A stretch of DNA of 64,000 nucleotides, the filler included, from Caldilineae bacterium (lineage in GTDB: Bacteria > Chloroflexota > Anaerolineae > DTLA01): the NCBI GenBank assembly GCA_037446815.1. It is 6 parts of 6 records of this genome, joined end to end, with 100 filler letters (N's around TTAATTAATTAA, not from the genome) between each part and the next. Parts side by side here need not be neighbours in the genome. Positions count along the whole stretch, not along the records: positions 57,822 to 64,000 come from JBBIHX010000167.1; 5 more parts are not named here. One strand, written 5' to 3'. The notes under the pieces were generated by a model. That model was given only the letters and a program-made list of their open reading frames with translations. It searched no databases and was not told where the DNA came from. Numbering within the stretch: position 1 is the first letter of the stretch; every line of letters starts with the position of its first letter. The translations under genes were made by a program, and so were the position numbers. This document shows, piece by piece, positions 62,853 through 64,000 of this stretch.

Positions 62853-63950
62853 TCACACCGCAAACCGGAAATGGATGATATCCCCATCCTGCACGATGTA
62901 GTCGCGCCCTTCCAGCCGCAACAGCCCCCGGCTTCGGGCCTCCGCGAACGTCCCCGCCCGCATCAGGTCCGCGTAGGAGACAACCTCGGCGCGGATGAAC
63001 CCCCGCTCCATGTCGGTGTGAATCTTGCCGGCGGCCACGGGCGCGGGCGTCCCCTCCCGCACGGGCCAGGCGCGCACCTCGTGCCCGCCTGTGGTGGTGA
63101 AAAACGTGATGAGGCGCAGCAGGCGATACGCGGCGCGGGCCAGGGCCGCCAGCCCCGACTCGGCCAGCCCCAGTTCGGCGCGGTAGGCGGCGGCGTCCTC
63201 CGGCGGCCATTCGGCCAGGGCGGCCTCCAACTCCGCGCAGATGACCACCACCTCGGCGCCGTCCTGCGCGGCGGCCTCACGCACGGCCTCGGCCAGCGGC
63301 CCACCCGCCGGACAATCGCCCTCGCCCACGTTGGCAACGTATACGCGGGGCTTGGCGCTCAACAGGTTCAGGTCGCGGAAGAACTCCTCTTCCCTGGCCT
63401 CCACCTCCAGCGTTCGGGCCGGCTTGCCCGCGCCCAGGTGCGCGATGGCCCGCTCGTACAAGGCAATGGGCACGGCGAAGTCCTTGGGCCGGCCCTTGGA
63501 TGCCTGCCGGGCCTGCTCCAGCCGCCGCTCTACCGTCGCCAGGTCGGCCAGCATGAGTTCGGTGTCAATCACCTGGATGTCGGACCAGGGGTCCAGCCCC
63601 GGGCTGACGTGCGGGATGTCGGGGTTCTGGAAGCAGCGGACGACCAGGGCGATGGCGTCCACGTTGCGGATGTGGCCCAGGAACTGGTTGCCCAGCCCCT
63701 CGCCCTTGCTGGCGCCCTTGACCAGGCCCGCGATGTCCACGAATTCCACTGTGGCGGGGACGACGCGCTCGGGCTTGACGATGGCGGCGATGTCGGCCAG
63801 GCGCGGGTCGGGCACCTCGGCGATGCCGATGTTGGGGTCAATGGTGGTGAACGGGTAACTGGCCACCGCCGCGCCCGCGCGGGTGAGCGCGTTGAACAGG
63901 GTGGATTTGCCCACGTTGGGCAACCCGACGATTCCAACCTGGAGGGTCAT
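62853..63950 (-). CDS. ychF: Redox-regulated ATPase YchF
   Basis: GIVGLPNVGKSTLFN, VDIAGLV.GASKGEGLGNQFL and AAGKIHTD motifs. Confidence 0.97.
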   Translation of the reverse strand: MTLQVGIVGLPNVGKSTLFNALTRAGAAVASYPFTTIDPNIGIAEVPDPRLADIAAIVKPERVVPATVEFVDIAGLVKGASKGEGLGNQFLGHIRNVDAIALVVRCFQNPDIPHVSPGLDPWSDIQVIDTELMLADLATVERRLEQARQASKGRPKDFAVPIALYERAIAHLGAGKPARTLEVEAREEEFFRDLNLLSAKPRVYVANVGEGDCPAGGPLAEAVREAAAQDGAEVVVICAELEAALAEWPPEDAAAYRAELGLAESGLAALARAAYRLLRLITFFTTTGGHEVRAWPVREGTPAPVAAGKIHTDMERGFIRAEVVSYADLMRAGTFAEARSRGLLRLEGRDYIVQDGDIIHFRFAV

Positions 63951-64000
63951 ATTGTGCCTCCCTTCTATGTGTGTCGGCGGTTCTGTAGGGGCGACGCATG

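Overview
High-GC bacterial draft sequence, probably Chloroflexota/Anaerolineae-like. This is inferred from the gene repertoire, Pro/Thr-rich surface proteins and GAAC-N4-GTTC SOS boxes. The window is six contigs joined by artificial 100-bp N/TTAATTAATTAA linkers (11742-11841, 23480-23579, 34964-35063, 46350-46449, 57722-57821), so adjacency across linkers means nothing. Most genes are housekeeping or accessory: a sigma-70 paralogue, Gld-like ABC system, murA, PglC/PglD-like genes, cooC, plsY, dinG, folC, femAB, a P-type ATPase, a phosphorelay cluster, rpsB-tsf-pyrH-frr-uppS-cdsA-prfA-prmC, rel, rpsF-ssb-rpsR, ychF and tRNA-Arg(CCT). Highlights: (1) an integron gene cassette with a typical attC and an attI-like site at the left edge, with no integrase gene beside it; (2) a candidate ~165-nt SOS-regulated non-coding RNA divergent from ridA, with a near-consensus promoter, three LexA-like boxes, C-rich loops and a terminator; (3) a LexA-boxed imuA-imuB-(split ImuB-C)-dnaE2 mutasome directly upstream of a co-oriented type I-B cas operon; (4) MITE-like shells with shared terminal inverted repeats carrying interchangeable REP-like modules; (5) a ChpT-like pseudo-kinase in a phosphorelay; (6) apparent avoidance of TCGA, AGCT and GTSAC. 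All calls come from reading the sequence; no database searches were run.
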